From assembly GCA_965224085.1 (NCBI GenBank), contig CBDCYI010000004.1, positions 416,001-480,000 on the forward strand: DNA of 64,000 nucleotides, read 5' to 3'. Within the stretch, counting starts at the first letter, position 1. The number at the start of each line of letters is the position of its first letter. Below are positions 30,850 through 40,768 of the stretch, piece by piece. A model generated the notes under the pieces. The model was given only the letters and a program-made list of their open reading frames with translations, made no database searches and had not been told where the DNA came from. The DNA is from Candidatus Marinacidobacterales bacterium (GTDB lineage: Bacteria; Acidobacteriota; Vicinamibacteria; Marinacidobacterales; SMYC01). The position numbers and the translations under genes are program-made.

Positions 30850-31876
30850 GTGTCGAGAATAGGCTTCGTCGTAGCTCTCTGGCTCATCTTCACCGCGTCT
30901 ACGCGCAGGAGCCGCCGCCACCGTTACATGAAGGCGTCGTCATCGCACGGGACGTGATGGTCCCGATGCGCGACGGCGTCCGCCTCGCCACGGACATCTA
31001 CCACCCCGCGAAGGACGGAACAGCCATTGCGGAACGCTTTCCTACCCTACTCTCGCGCACGCCTTACGGAAAAAAAGGAAGCGAAGAGACGGCCACCTTT
31101 CTCGCGAAGCGCGGCTACACGGTGGTCGTGCAGGACGTCCGGGGACGATTCGACTCCGAAGGTGACTTCTACATTTACCTCGACGAGGGCGAAGACGGCT
31201 ACGACACGGTCGAGTGGGCTGCGCACAAGCCTTGGAGCACGGGTGAAGTGGGCACCTTTGGCGGCTCCTACCTCGCAGCCACACAACACGCGCTCGCCGC
31301 CCTCCACCCTCCGAGCCTGCGAGCCATGTTCGTGAGCGTCAGCACCTCGAACTATCTCCAAGACGGCGCTGGCGCGGGTGGCGCTTTCGCGCTCCGCCAC
31401 AACCTCGCCTATGCTCTCAACCTCGCCAGCTCGAGCAAAGAGGCGGCTAAAGATCCCGCCCGCGCGCAAGCGCTGAAGCAGGCCCTCGAGCCAAAGAACC
31501 TGGAGCAATGGCTTCGCGCCTACCCTTACCGACCAAACGCCTCGCCCGTCGCGCCCATCTCGTCCTACCAGCAATTGTTCCAGGACTGGGTCGACCACGC
31601 CAGCTTCGACGACTATTGGAAGCAAAACGGCTACACGTTCGAGCTCTCCTACGACGACTACCCCGACATCCCCGTCTACCATGTCGGCGACTGGTACGAT
31701 ATTTTCTTGAGATGAACCCTCAACAATCACGCTGGCCTAGACGCGCGACACGAAAGCGACACGCGGCTCCTCATTGGCCCGTGGGAGCACGGCGTCGGTA
31801 CCCGCGTCACCGGAGACGTCGATTTCGCCGAAAGCGCCAAGGTCGACATGAAGCTAGAGCGCCTCCCTTGGTCTTA
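30850..31876 (+). pseudogene. CocE/NonD family hydrolase, frameshifted and 3'-truncated
   Basis: VPMRDGVRLATDIY, RTPY, QDVRGRFDSEG, GGSY, GDWYD; LLIGPWEH in a shifted frame. Confidence 0.85.
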
Positions 31877-31913
31877 GCGACGGCAGGGAGGCGCCCAAGC
31901 GCTAATCACCTCA

Positions 31914-32450
31914 TCAACGATGGAAGCGGTGCGCCATGTCCATGAGCTCCGCCCTCTGCTCCGCGCTGAGCGTTTGAGCGAGCGCGGTGATGGCCTCGCT
32001 CAGCTCGAGCGACGCGGAATCCGCTAGGGCCATCCCGGACTGACGGAGCTGCTCGATCGCCACGGGGTCGATCGTGTCCCGGCCGAGCTCGATTTGGAAC
32101 GCTTCCCGTTGTGCGCGATGTTGCTCCGCGAGGGGCTGCAAGTTCCCCAGGGTGTCTGAAACGATGCGCTTCACTTCGGCTTGCTGCTCATCGGTGGCGT
32201 CCACCCGCCCGAGGATAAACGCGGCGGCGAGCTCCGCCCGCTCCTGGATCGCCTCGAGATCCTGTGGACCATGCTCAGAAAAGCGATGGCCGAAGGCTCT
32301 CGCCGCAATCGCCGCAATCGCCGGAGCTGCTGCAACGGTCGCGGTCGCCACGGTCCCCGCGAGAAGCGCCCCCGCGAGGCCGCCGACGAAAATCCCGAAC
32401 CAGAACCCATGACGCGTGCTGCGTCGCTTGTCGATCGTTTCTGTGCTCAT
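31914..32450 (-). CDS. Spy/CpxP-like periplasmic helical protein
   Basis: N-terminal hydrophobic leader; ATDEQQ and LSAEQR LTxxQ-like motifs. Confidence 0.7.
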   Translation of the reverse strand: MSTETIDKRRSTRHGFWFGIFVGGLAGALLAGTVATATVAAAPAIAAIAARAFGHRFSEHGPQDLEAIQERAELAAAFILGRVDATDEQQAEVKRIVSDTLGNLQPLAEQHRAQREAFQIELGRDTIDPVAIEQLRQSGMALADSASLELSEAITALAQTLSAEQRAELMDMAHRFHR

Positions 32451-32711
32451 TGTTGCCTCCTTTTTTGGCTTCGACGTTCGATCAGGAATACGTTTTCGCG
32501 CATGAAGGCGCCGTGTCTGGTTCGTAAATTTTTGTAAAGTTAGCCTTCAGACCACACGGACTGCTACTATTGCGCTGTCCGTCGTCTCGTCAGCTTCGAG
32601 AACGCGCTTGAATGCGTCGGCCTGTCGACGAAGTCGTAGCTCGGGCCTCCTTCCTTCAAAGCTAGGGTGGAGGCGACCTTTACATCTCGCAAGAGCTGAC
32701 CGTTCAGGGCA

Positions 32712-32876
32712 CTAGTCCCCTGGAAGAGAGGTTCGTGGCCTAAAGCTCGAGGTCATTTTGTGGGCTGGCAAGGCGTGACGACGAAGTCATATTGGGATAT
32801 TTCGAGGAGAAACAACGCAGCCAGCGCGCAAAAGGGCCCGAGATTTAGGTTACGAATCTCTGTTCCAGTGGACTAG
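32712..32876. mobile_element. Palindromic MITE bounded by CTAG
   Basis: Imperfect inverted arms of about 55 bp (CTAGTCCCCTGGAA... / ...TTCCAGTGGACTAG). Confidence 0.75.
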
Positions 32877-33940
32877 CTCCTGGAAACCCTTTCCACGAAA
32901 CGCATCAGTTGCTCGTCGTCGTTGCGCGAGCTCCGTTCGTCGAAAACGCGACCCTGCGCGGAAATGACGCGATCGCGTAGCTCGGGGTCGGTCACCAACA
33001 GATGCGCGAGCTCGGCGATCTGGTCGATTTTTTTCTCATGCAACAAAATGCCTGCCCCACCGAGGGTCTCGGCGACGGCCCCCGTGTCATAGGCGATGAC
33101 GGGAACACCCATCTCGTACGCTTCGAGCAGCGGCGCGCAGAACCCTTCGTGCTCGCTCATGCACAAGAAGACGTCGGCGACGCGGTAATAGGCGACGAGC
33201 TCTTCGGTGCTCACGCGACCGGGGAACTCGACGCTCTTAATAGCGAGCTCGTCGGCGAATCCAACGAGGGATTCGTAATAGCGCTCGAAGTCGCGCCATT
33301 CGCCAACGAAGATGAGTCGGCACTTCCTATCGATGAAGCGCTGGTAGTATTTGACGACCTTCATGACGTCTTCGAGACGCTTGTTGGGGATGACGCGTCC
33401 AACGAAGAGGAAGTTGGTCAAGTCGTCGTCGAAGAGCTCCTCCACCACCGGGCTCGGGGACGCTGCCAAACGGTCAGGATCGGACAAGAGCGGGAGGACG
33501 CCCGTCGGCTGGAAGCCTAGACCCTCGAGCTCGCTACGGTTGTACTCGGAAACACCGAGGGCGAGCGCGGTGCGTTCCGCGAACGTCGCGAGTTCCTGTC
33601 GCCCGCGCGCGCATTGCCGGGCGACTTTGGGGGCGAAGTCTGCGAACCAGTGCGCGGGCGTGATGTTGTGGTAGCGAAGCAAAAGCCGGTCCGGAAGCTC
33701 GCGCGCGAGCGAAGCGCTCTTCGAGCCAATCGAAAAGTGCAGCAGCAAAACGTTGTCCGACGATGTCGCCGACGGATATTGGGAGAACTCGAGTGCGCGC
33801 CCCGACATAACGGAGTCTGTAGATTCGGCAAAGATCTCGGATTCGACTCCGTGAGATCGAAGCACCGATTGGATCCGGAGAGCCTCGTTGCCGATGGCAT
33901 CACCGAAAGTCAGTGACGCGACCATTTGATGAACGAACAT
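32873..33940 (-). CDS. GT4 glycosyltransferase
   Basis: [35 protein letters not shown]. Confidence 0.92.
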   Translation of the reverse strand: MFVHQMVASLTFGDAIGNEALRIQSVLRSHGVESEIFAESTDSVMSGRALEFSQYPSATSSDNVLLLHFSIGSKSASLARELPDRLLLRYHNITPAHWFADFAPKVARQCARGRQELATFAERTALALGVSEYNRSELEGLGFQPTGVLPLLSDPDRLAASPSPVVEELFDDDLTNFLFVGRVIPNKRLEDVMKVVKYYQRFIDRKCRLIFVGEWRDFERYYESLVGFADELAIKSVEFPGRVSTEELVAYYRVADVFLCMSEHEGFCAPLLEAYEMGVPVIAYDTGAVAETLGGAGILLHEKKIDQIAELAHLLVTDPELRDRVISAQGRVFDERSSRNDDEQLMRFVERVSRS

Positions 33941-34016
33941 CGAGCGTCATTATCTTGTCACCTTCCCCGCGATAGGTCCAATATTCTCAGGTCCGGGGGC
34001 CTGCTTGCATACGCTT

Positions 34017-34200
34017 GTGACCAGCACAATCAACCTTGCGATGCGCGAGCTACGCTATGCCGTCCGTTTGCTGGTTCAATCTCCGGGTTTCACGTTCGTC
34101 GCGGCTGCCGCACTCGCCGTCGGTATCGGCGCGAACATCACCATTTTTGGCTTCGTGAACGCCCTCGTGCTGCGGCCGCTCGACGTGCCCGAGCCCGTCT
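34017..34200 (+). pseudogene. N-terminal remnant of an ADOP/MacB-type ABC permease
   Basis: [46 protein letters not shown]. Confidence 0.8.
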
Positions 34201-34352
34201 GCTGCCGCCTCCCGGCGCGGCGCGCGAGCCGAACGGACCCAACCGTCGCGCTACGCCACTAATGTCACCCGGCTGGAATTTGATCTCGCACTGGGAGCGG
34301 CCTACTATGCCGGGGAATTGCCAACCCTTGACTAAATTAAGGAGTCGCTCAC

Positions 34353-35441
34353 ATGACGAAGCTAGGCATCACGGGTGCTCTTTTGATGGCACTCGTAGCA
34401 TCCACCGCGATAGCCGGGCCGGTCCCGGCGGATGTCGGTCCGGAGTTCCAGTCCATCGGACCGCTATCGTTTGGCCCTGAAGGTGTTCTCTTCGCCGCCG
34501 ACAACAAGGCAGCAAAGATCTACGCCATCGACCTTGGTGACCATTCCGCAGGCAAGACCGCGGGAGCCAAGGACATCAAAGCTATCGACCAGAAAATCGC
34601 GAGCATGCTCGGCACGGACGCGCGCGAGCTCACGATCACCGATCTTGCCATCCACCCGAAGTCTAAGAACGCCTTTCTATCGGCGCAGCGAGGCCAGGGC
34701 GCGGCTGCTCAGGCCGTCTTGCTCCGGGTCGACGGCGCCGGCGAGATCGACGTCATCTCCCTCGCGCAGCTGAAATTCACCCATGTCGAGATCCCGAACG
34801 CACCCGAGGCTAACCCGACGGCGCGCCGTGATCCTCGGACAGCAACGATTACGGATATGGCTTTTGTCAGCGGGCGCGTTTTCATCGCGGGTCTTTCGAA
34901 CGAGGAGTTCGCGTCGAAGCTGCGCTCGGTGAAGTATCCCTTCGACACCATCGACGGCGGCACGAGCGTCGAGATTTACCATGGCGCCCACGGCGCCTGG
35001 GAAACGCGCTCTCCCGTTTACACATTCGTCCCCTACGAGCTCGACAACGAGCCTCACCTCATTGCGGGCTATCTCTGCACGCCGCTCGTGAAATTCCCCA
35101 TCAAGAAACTCGAGGCAGGCCAGAAGCTCGTCGGCACGACGATCGCGGAGCTCGGCAATCGCAACCGTCCGCTCGACATGGTCGTGTACTCGAACAACGG
35201 CAAGGACTACATCTTGATGTCCAACACGAGCCGCGGCGTCATGAAGATCCCGACCGAAGGATTCGGCTCCCAGGAGGGCATCACCAAGCCCGTCGCCGGT
35301 GAGAAAGAGGGGATTGGCTACAACACCATCACTGCGATGACCGGCATCGAACAACTCGATCTCTTCGATGACACCCATTCCATCGTCATCGCGCGCACCG
35401 ATTCCGGTTCACTGAACCTCGAGAAAGTCGCGCTCCCGTAA
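34353..35441 (+). CDS. Secreted hypothetical protein, beta-rich
   Basis: AAGGAG RBS, signal peptide, GLSNEEFASKLR, EIYHGAHG. Confidence 0.8.
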   Translation: MTKLGITGALLMALVASTAIAGPVPADVGPEFQSIGPLSFGPEGVLFAADNKAAKIYAIDLGDHSAGKTAGAKDIKAIDQKIASMLGTDARELTITDLAIHPKSKNAFLSAQRGQGAAAQAVLLRVDGAGEIDVISLAQLKFTHVEIPNAPEANPTARRDPRTATITDMAFVSGRVFIAGLSNEEFASKLRSVKYPFDTIDGGTSVEIYHGAHGAWETRSPVYTFVPYELDNEPHLIAGYLCTPLVKFPIKKLEAGQKLVGTTIAELGNRNRPLDMVVYSNNGKDYILMSNTSRGVMKIPTEGFGSQEGITKPVAGEKEGIGYNTITAMTGIEQLDLFDDTHSIVIARTDSGSLNLEKVALP

Positions 35442-35452
35442 GGAGCTTCGCG

Positions 35453-36520
35453 TTGGAAAGATGGCGGCGTCGCCTCACCTGCGGCGTCGCCCTTTTTTTT
35501 GCGCCATGGGGGACTAGCGCGCAGGCCGAGATCCACGTCTCCCTCGTCGACGGGCAGATCGAGATCGTAGGCCTCACGACCGAAGCGATGGAGGCGGGTG
35601 CTGCGCGCGTCCGCGTCTCGGTTGCACCTGACGCTCCCTCGATCCTGGGCGAATACCGTGTCGACGGCGAGCGACTCTACTTTCAGCCCATGTTCCCGTT
35701 CGATCCGGGACGCGAATACATCGTGCGCGTCGACGGCGGCGGCGAGCCTTTCGTCGCGACGGTGGCGCTCCCAGCTCGCGATCTCGTTCCGACAACGACG
35801 GTCGAGCACATCTACCCTTCGACCCAAACCCTTCCGGAGAACCAGCTCAAGCTCTACATCCACTTCTCGGCGCCCATGGCCGGAGGCGATGGGCTTCGTT
35901 TCGTCAAGCTTGTGGACGCGAACGGAGAGGAGGTGGTTGACCCGTTCCTACCGCTCGGCGACGCGTTCTGGGATCGCGATCACCGACGCTATACCGTGTT
36001 CTTCGACCCGGGGCGCGTGAAGCGCGGCATACTACCCAACGAGGCGATGGGACGACCCATCCTCGAGGAACAGCGCTACACGCTGGCTGTGGATCCCGCG
36101 TGGCGAGATGCGGAAGGCCTACCGCTCGTCGAGCCCTTCCGCAAAGAGTTCACCGCCGGCCCCCCCGACGAAACACCGATCGACCCGAAGACGTGGACCT
36201 TGGAAACGCCGCGCACGGGAACGCGGGAGCCGCTCATTGTCGATTTTCTCGAACCCCTCGACCGAGCCGTCCTCGTTCGCACGCTCGCAGTGGAGAACGT
36301 CGAGGGGGAAATCGAGATCTCGCGGGACGAGACACGCTGGTCGCTCACGCCCAACGAGCCCTGGCACGCCGGCACGTACCACCTCGTCGCACTCACGATC
36401 CTTGAGGACCTCGCAGGAAACCAAATCGGGAAGCCCTTCGAAGTCGACATCTTCGAGCGCGTCGACAGCCCCGACGACAGCCCCGAAACGCACGTAGTGC
36501 CCTTCGTGGTCCGAGACTGA
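35453..36520 (+). CDS. Secreted hypothetical protein with Ig-like repeats
   Basis: Signal peptide; LPENQLKLYIHFSAPM, FDPGRVKRG, LEDLAGN. Confidence 0.78.
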   Translation: MERWRRRLTCGVALFFAPWGTSAQAEIHVSLVDGQIEIVGLTTEAMEAGAARVRVSVAPDAPSILGEYRVDGERLYFQPMFPFDPGREYIVRVDGGGEPFVATVALPARDLVPTTTVEHIYPSTQTLPENQLKLYIHFSAPMAGGDGLRFVKLVDANGEEVVDPFLPLGDAFWDRDHRRYTVFFDPGRVKRGILPNEAMGRPILEEQRYTLAVDPAWRDAEGLPLVEPFRKEFTAGPPDETPIDPKTWTLETPRTGTREPLIVDFLEPLDRAVLVRTLAVENVEGEIEISRDETRWSLTPNEPWHAGTYHLVALTILEDLAGNQIGKPFEVDIFERVDSPDDSPETHVVPFVVRD

Positions 36521-36526
36521 CCACCC

Positions 36527-36642
36527 TTCCGAACGATTCAAGTATTGCTTGGACACAGGACGTTGGCACGAGCATGTTCTATGGCCACGTTTTGAATCGC
36601 GGAGGCTGCGGTGTGAGAGGCCCTCTTGACTCCACTATTTGA
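36527..36642 (+). pseudogene. intI: Integron integrase C-terminal remnant
   Basis: Manual translation with one frameshift: [36 protein letters not shown]; compare the IntI tail [35 protein letters not shown]. Confidence 0.8.
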
Positions 36643-36726
36643 ACATCACACGATTCCGCGACACCGTGGGGTCGTTTTTTAGCGTCTCGACCAATCCATT
36701 AGCGGGCTATATAGCGAGTACGCGCG

Positions 36727-36790
36727 ATCTAATCAGAATGGCGGGCGCGACCGAAATGCGCGTATCATTTGGGACCGTCGCACGTTAGAC
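36727..36790 (+). other. Putative attI or degenerate attC site
   Basis: GTTAGAC core at 36784-36790 and ATCTAAT at 36727-36733, just downstream of the intI remnant. Confidence 0.45.
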
Positions 36791-36925
36791 ACGATGAAAC
36801 AGCTGCACCTTCAATTTTTGGTCGCCGCGCTAGCGATGTAAATAAGTTTGTTACGACCAAATATGCAGAAACTATGGAATTCTAGTTCGACCGAATTGTA
36901 GCCACTCCATAAACCTGAGCTGCGC

Positions 36926-36954
36926 TTGACTGTATGCACAGTCATGCATATAGT
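36926..36954 (+). promoter_or_regulatory. Sigma70 promoter with palindromic operator for brnTA-1
   Basis: TTGACT-N17-TATAGT; TGACTGT-ATGC-ACAGTCA palindrome at 36927-36944; GTG start 6 nt after the -10. Confidence 0.75.
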
Positions 36955-36960
36955 ACCAGG

Positions 36961-37233
36961 GTGGAGCTCGAATGGGACAGCCGCAAAGCTGCCTCCAACC
37001 TCAAGGATCACGGTGTCGATTTTACCGACGCTGCGACGGTACTGTTTGATGACATGGCGATCACTGTAACGGATGAAACTGTGGACGAAGAGAAGCGCTT
37101 CGTCACGCTCGGCGTTGACGCTCTCGGACGGTGCCTCGTCGTCGTTTACACTTGGCGGGATGAGGCTGCGAGATTGATTTCGGCGCGGATGGCAACACGC
37201 TCGGAGCGTCGTCGATACGAGGGTGCGAGATGA
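36961..37233 (+). CDS. brnT: BrnT family toxin
   Basis: EWDSRKAASNLKDHGVDF...RLISARMAT. Confidence 0.92.
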   Translation: MELEWDSRKAASNLKDHGVDFTDAATVLFDDMAITVTDETVDEEKRFVTLGVDALGRCLVVVYTWRDEAARLISARMATRSERRRYEGAR

Positions 37234-37499
37234 AGAAAGAGTACGACTTCAGCCGTGGTAAACGGGGCGCGGTGATCAAAACGCCTCCGGGCAAGACTCG
37301 AATCACAATTCGAATCGACGATGACCTGCTCCAGTGGTTTCGCGACCAGGTGCATGAAGCCGGGGGCGGGAACTATCAAACGCTCATCAACGCGGCCCTT
37401 CGAGAATATGTCGAGGGTAGAGAAGAGAACCTAAAGTCAACTCTCCGAAGTGTTGTTCGGGAGGAGCTCGCGCGGTATGGCAAGAAGGAGTCGAAGTGA
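37230..37499 (+). CDS. brnA: BrnA family antitoxin
   Basis: MKKEYDFS, RITIRIDDD, YQTLINAALRE; ATGA overlap with the toxin. Confidence 0.92.
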   Translation: MKKEYDFSRGKRGAVIKTPPGKTRITIRIDDDLLQWFRDQVHEAGGGNYQTLINAALREYVEGREENLKSTLRSVVREELARYGKKESK

Positions 37500-37506
37500 G
37501 CGGTCG

Positions 37507-37623
37507 GTCGAACAAAGCGATCGAGCGGACGGCACAGAGGCTTCGTAGAGATAGAATTCTAGACCAGGCGGTGTTGGCTGCGGTCACAGTACTGCTGTGC
37601 CGCCGCTCATCGCCACGTTAGAG
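37507..37623 (+). other. attC site
   Basis: R'' GTCGAAC; arms GCGATCGAGCGGACGGCACAG / CTGTGCCGCCGCTCATCGC with extrahelical bases; R' GTTAGAG. Confidence 0.85.
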
Positions 37624-37646
37624 TCCTCATTGCTTCTTTCACGCGT

Positions 37647-37675
37647 TTGCGTTGTAACTACGATGTAGTTATAAT
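37647..37675 (+). promoter_or_regulatory. Sigma70 promoter with palindromic operator for brnTA-2
   Basis: TTGCGT-N17-TATAAT; TAACTAC-GAT-GTAGTTA palindrome; GTG start 6 nt downstream. Confidence 0.75.
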
Positions 37676-37681
37676 GGCTTT

Positions 37682-37962
37682 GTGGGTCAGCTGCGATTCT
37701 CGTGGGACACACGGAAGGCTCGTTCCAATGAGCAGAAGCATGGCGTGTCATTTGAGGAAGCCGAAACCGTCTTTCTTGACGACAACGCGTTGTTGCTCGA
37801 CGATCCGGACCACTCGTGGGACGAGACGCGATTTGTTTTGCTGGGTTTGAGCTCGTCGCTGCGCGTGTTGCTGGTCTGTCATTGTTTCGTAGACGAAGCA
37901 TTAGCGCGCGGCGAGCTTCAAAGCAGGAGCGTCGGCAGTACGTCGAGAGATTCGAAGAATGA
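37682..37962 (+). pseudogene. brnT: BrnT toxin 2, small deletion/frameshift
   Basis: FSWDTRKARSNEQKHGVSFEEA; ISARRASKQERRQY lies in a shifted frame. Confidence 0.85.
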
Positions 37963-38177
37963 GAAAAGAATACGACTTTTCCAAAGCGAGAAAGAATCCA
38001 TACGCGAAGCGCCTGAAAAAACAGATCACCATTCGGCTGGACGAGCCGACGATCGGCTATTTCAAGAATCTTGCCGAAGAGCTTGGCATTCCGTATCAGA
38101 CGTTAATCAATCTCTATCTTCGCGACTGCGCATCAAAGAAGCGAAAACTTTCAATGAACTGGAAAGCGTCTGCCTGA
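37959..38177 (+). CDS. brnA: BrnA family antitoxin 2
   Basis: MRKEYDFSKARKNPY, ITIRLD, PYQTLINLYLRDC. Confidence 0.92.
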   Translation: MRKEYDFSKARKNPYAKRLKKQITIRLDEPTIGYFKNLAEELGIPYQTLINLYLRDCASKKRKLSMNWKASA

Positions 38178-38184
38178 GGACGGC

Positions 38185-38313
38185 CTATAACCTCCGGTTG
38201 CAACGGACGAGGCCCTCTTCGGGAAGCAGCGGCACCTCGCGAGATGTAGTAGCCTGCGGGAGGCGGCGTCGCAAGGCCATACGTTGGCCTCGCCGCTGAA
38301 CCGAACGTTTGGC
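38185..38313 (+). other. attC site
   Basis: R'' CTATAAC; arms CGGTTGCAACGGACGAGGCC / GGCCTCGCCGCTGAACCG; R'-like GTTTGGC. Confidence 0.8.
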
Positions 38314-38328
38314 CGGACGACGTCGAAC

Positions 38329-38808
38329 ATGCCTATCAAGATTGGTGAAGTGGAGGCGCTCTTTCGGTACCCTGTGAAGTCCATGAGCGGCGAACTTCTC
38401 GAGGTCGCCGACCTGGGCTGGCACGGTCTCGATGGCGACCGGCGCTTGGCCTTCCGTCGGGCTGACGATCGCGGCGGTTTCCCGTGGCTGACCGCCTCCA
38501 AGCTTCCGGAGCTGATTCTCTTTGTTCCACAACGGAGGGGAGCCGCCATCGGTGGAAACCTCCCGACTCATGTTCGCGCGCCGGAAGGAGAGGAGCTGGC
38601 CGTGTTCGGCCAGGAACTGGCGAGGGAGGTCGGTCGCCGCCATGGTTCGCCGGTCGAGATGACGCACCTCAACCGTGGCATCTTCGACGAAGCGAGCATC
38701 TCCGTGATTACCTCCGCCACAGTCGGCGAAATCGGGAGGCGGCACTCGGACCCTTTGGACGCTTCCACGGGAGCACGCGCTCTCTGCGTGCGCCGGGTCG
38801 GGTCCTAA
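38329..38808 (+). pseudogene. MOSC domain protein, 3'-truncated (third cassette)
   Basis: LFRYPVKSMSGE, GLDGDRR, FDEASISVIT; the RFRPN region is missing. Confidence 0.75.
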
Positions 38809-38856
38809 TCGGGCGGAACGCGGCAAAGCGCCAGAAACGGCCACTTGGCTTCGAAG

Positions 38857-39762
38857 CTACTCGGTCTCGAGAAGCGCCAAAAGAGCCCAGCCCGTAGTCG
38901 AGATGTATTGGGCGTAGCTCATCTGCCCGGCCGGCCGCGTCGTTTCCGGCCAACTTCCATCTTCGAGCTGGTTTTCCAGCAGATAGCGCCGTCCCGCCTC
39001 GACCTTGTCTTCGTGGCCGCCGATCTGCGCTAGCGCGAGCATCACGACCGCGGTGTCGAAAGGCTCAGCCGCCGAAGTGACGTAAGGTCCCCAGCCGCCC
39101 GAGGGCGCGTGTCCATCCCGGATCAGCTCCAAGCATGTCGCGCGCTGAGCGAGGGCGGCCGTGTCTTCCGCGTCGGCGAGGGCACCGAGGACCGCGGCGG
39201 CGGCGAGCACGGTTTCGACTTCCACATCGCGCAAAAACCGATCGGCACGATCGAGCTCGCCGGCAAACTGCTTCGGATCCGCGGCCGCCAGCACTCGCCG
39301 CGCGACCGATGTGGCGAGAAACGTTCCATAGGTCGCGGGCGAGCCGATGCTGCCGCTGACGTCGAGTTTCCACGAGCCGTCGGGCCTTTGGTCCGAAGCC
39401 ACGAGCGCCGCCGCCCGATCGAGTGCGCTGTCCTCGTGGACGAGGCCTACGCCGATAGCATCGAGGAGCGCGCTCGCGAACTGGATCCGCGCGAGTGCTT
39501 CGTCGCTGAACGCATCGGCTCCTTTTTGTTCGGACCACGCCGCGGGGTCGGCTAGCCACTCGAGCGTGACGCGGATCGACTCCGGCGGAACCGAATGTCC
39601 CGCGCGGGTGGCCGCAAAGAGCGCCCGCGCCGCATCACCATTGTTGTGGCAGGAAAAGCATTGATTCTCCGCAGGCCACGCGGGGACCTCGCGCGACAGA
39701 AACTCGATCGCGCGCTGCTCGGGAGCGCCGAGGGCAAGCAAGAAGAGAAACGAATGGATCAT
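38857..39762 (-). CDS. Secreted prenyltransferase/squalene-cyclase-repeat protein with CxxCH
   Basis: CFSCHNN; QW-like repeats QRPDGSW and QLEDGSW. Confidence 0.7.
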   Translation of the reverse strand: MIHSFLFLLALGAPEQRAIEFLSREVPAWPAENQCFSCHNNGDAARALFAATRAGHSVPPESIRVTLEWLADPAAWSEQKGADAFSDEALARIQFASALLDAIGVGLVHEDSALDRAAALVASDQRPDGSWKLDVSGSIGSPATYGTFLATSVARRVLAAADPKQFAGELDRADRFLRDVEVETVLAAAAVLGALADAEDTAALAQRATCLELIRDGHAPSGGWGPYVTSAAEPFDTAVVMLALAQIGGHEDKVEAGRRYLLENQLEDGSWPETTRPAGQMSYAQYISTTGWALLALLETE

Positions 39763-40739
39763 CGCGCCAGAACCGGAATGAGATCCAGAAGAAAACCGTC
39801 GAGCTCCTTTTTGCTCGCCAAGCTCTCCTCGAAGGGCGTCGCTTTGAGCTCGCCGCGAACAACCCCCACCATGACGCCCGTCTGACCGCCGTGAATGACT
39901 TCGACAGCATAGGCGCCGAGCTTCGTTGCCAAGATGCGATCGCGTGCGCTCGGCCTGCCACCGCGCTGGATATGGCCGAGCACCGTGACGCGGGGCTCGA
40001 AACCCGTGCGGCGCTCGAGCTCTTTCGCCGTCGCGAAAGCGCCGCCTTGGTCATCCCCCTCGGCGCATATGACGATGCTCATCGTCTTGCCTTTGTCGCG
40101 CGCAGCGACGAGCCGCTCGGTGCAAGCGTCCAGATCGGTGACGACTTCCGGTACGAAGATCTCCTCGGCTCCTCCCGCCGTGCCCACATTGAGCGCAATA
40201 AATCCCGAATGCCGGCCCATGACCTCTACGAGAAAGAGACGCTCGTGTGCGCTCGCGGTGTCGCGGATGCGATCGATAGCTTCGAGTCCGGTGTTGAGCG
40301 CGGTGTCGAAGCCAATCGTCTCGTCGGTGCCATAGATGTCGTTGTCGATCGTCACTGGAACGCCGACGATCCGGCGGTCCGGGCCGTTCCAGATCTTGCC
40401 GAGCGCGAGCGCGCCGCGAAAGCTCCCGTCGCCGCCAATGACGACGAGGCCCATCACGCCGTGCTCCTCAAAAACGCTAGCCGCCGCCTTGCGCCCAGCT
40501 TCGGTTTTGAACGCCTCGCTCCGCGCCGACTTCAAGATCGTGCCGCCCCGCTGCAAGATGTTCGACACCGAGCGCGGCCGAAGCTCTTCGAAATCGCCGC
40601 GCATCAAGCCTTCGAAGCCGCGGTGGAAGCCCAGGACGGAAAACCCGCGATGCGCGCCCATACGGACGACGCTCCGCACGGCTGCGTTCATTCCGGGCGC
40701 ATCGCCTCCGCTCGTGAGAACGCCTATCGTCAGCTGCAT
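39759..40739 (-). CDS. pfkA: ATP-dependent 6-phosphofructokinase
   Basis: TSGGDAPGMNAA, GGDGS, TIDND, EVMGR, LGHIQRGG. Confidence 0.96.
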   Translation of the reverse strand: MQLTIGVLTSGGDAPGMNAAVRSVVRMGAHRGFSVLGFHRGFEGLMRGDFEELRPRSVSNILQRGGTILKSARSEAFKTEAGRKAAASVFEEHGVMGLVVIGGDGSFRGALALGKIWNGPDRRIVGVPVTIDNDIYGTDETIGFDTALNTGLEAIDRIRDTASAHERLFLVEVMGRHSGFIALNVGTAGGAEEIFVPEVVTDLDACTERLVAARDKGKTMSIVICAEGDDQGGAFATAKELERRTGFEPRVTVLGHIQRGGRPSARDRILATKLGAYAVEVIHGGQTGVMVGVVRGELKATPFEESLASKKELDGFLLDLIPVLAR

Positions 40740-40768
40740 CGTTCGAATTTAGTACAATCGCGCAGCCA

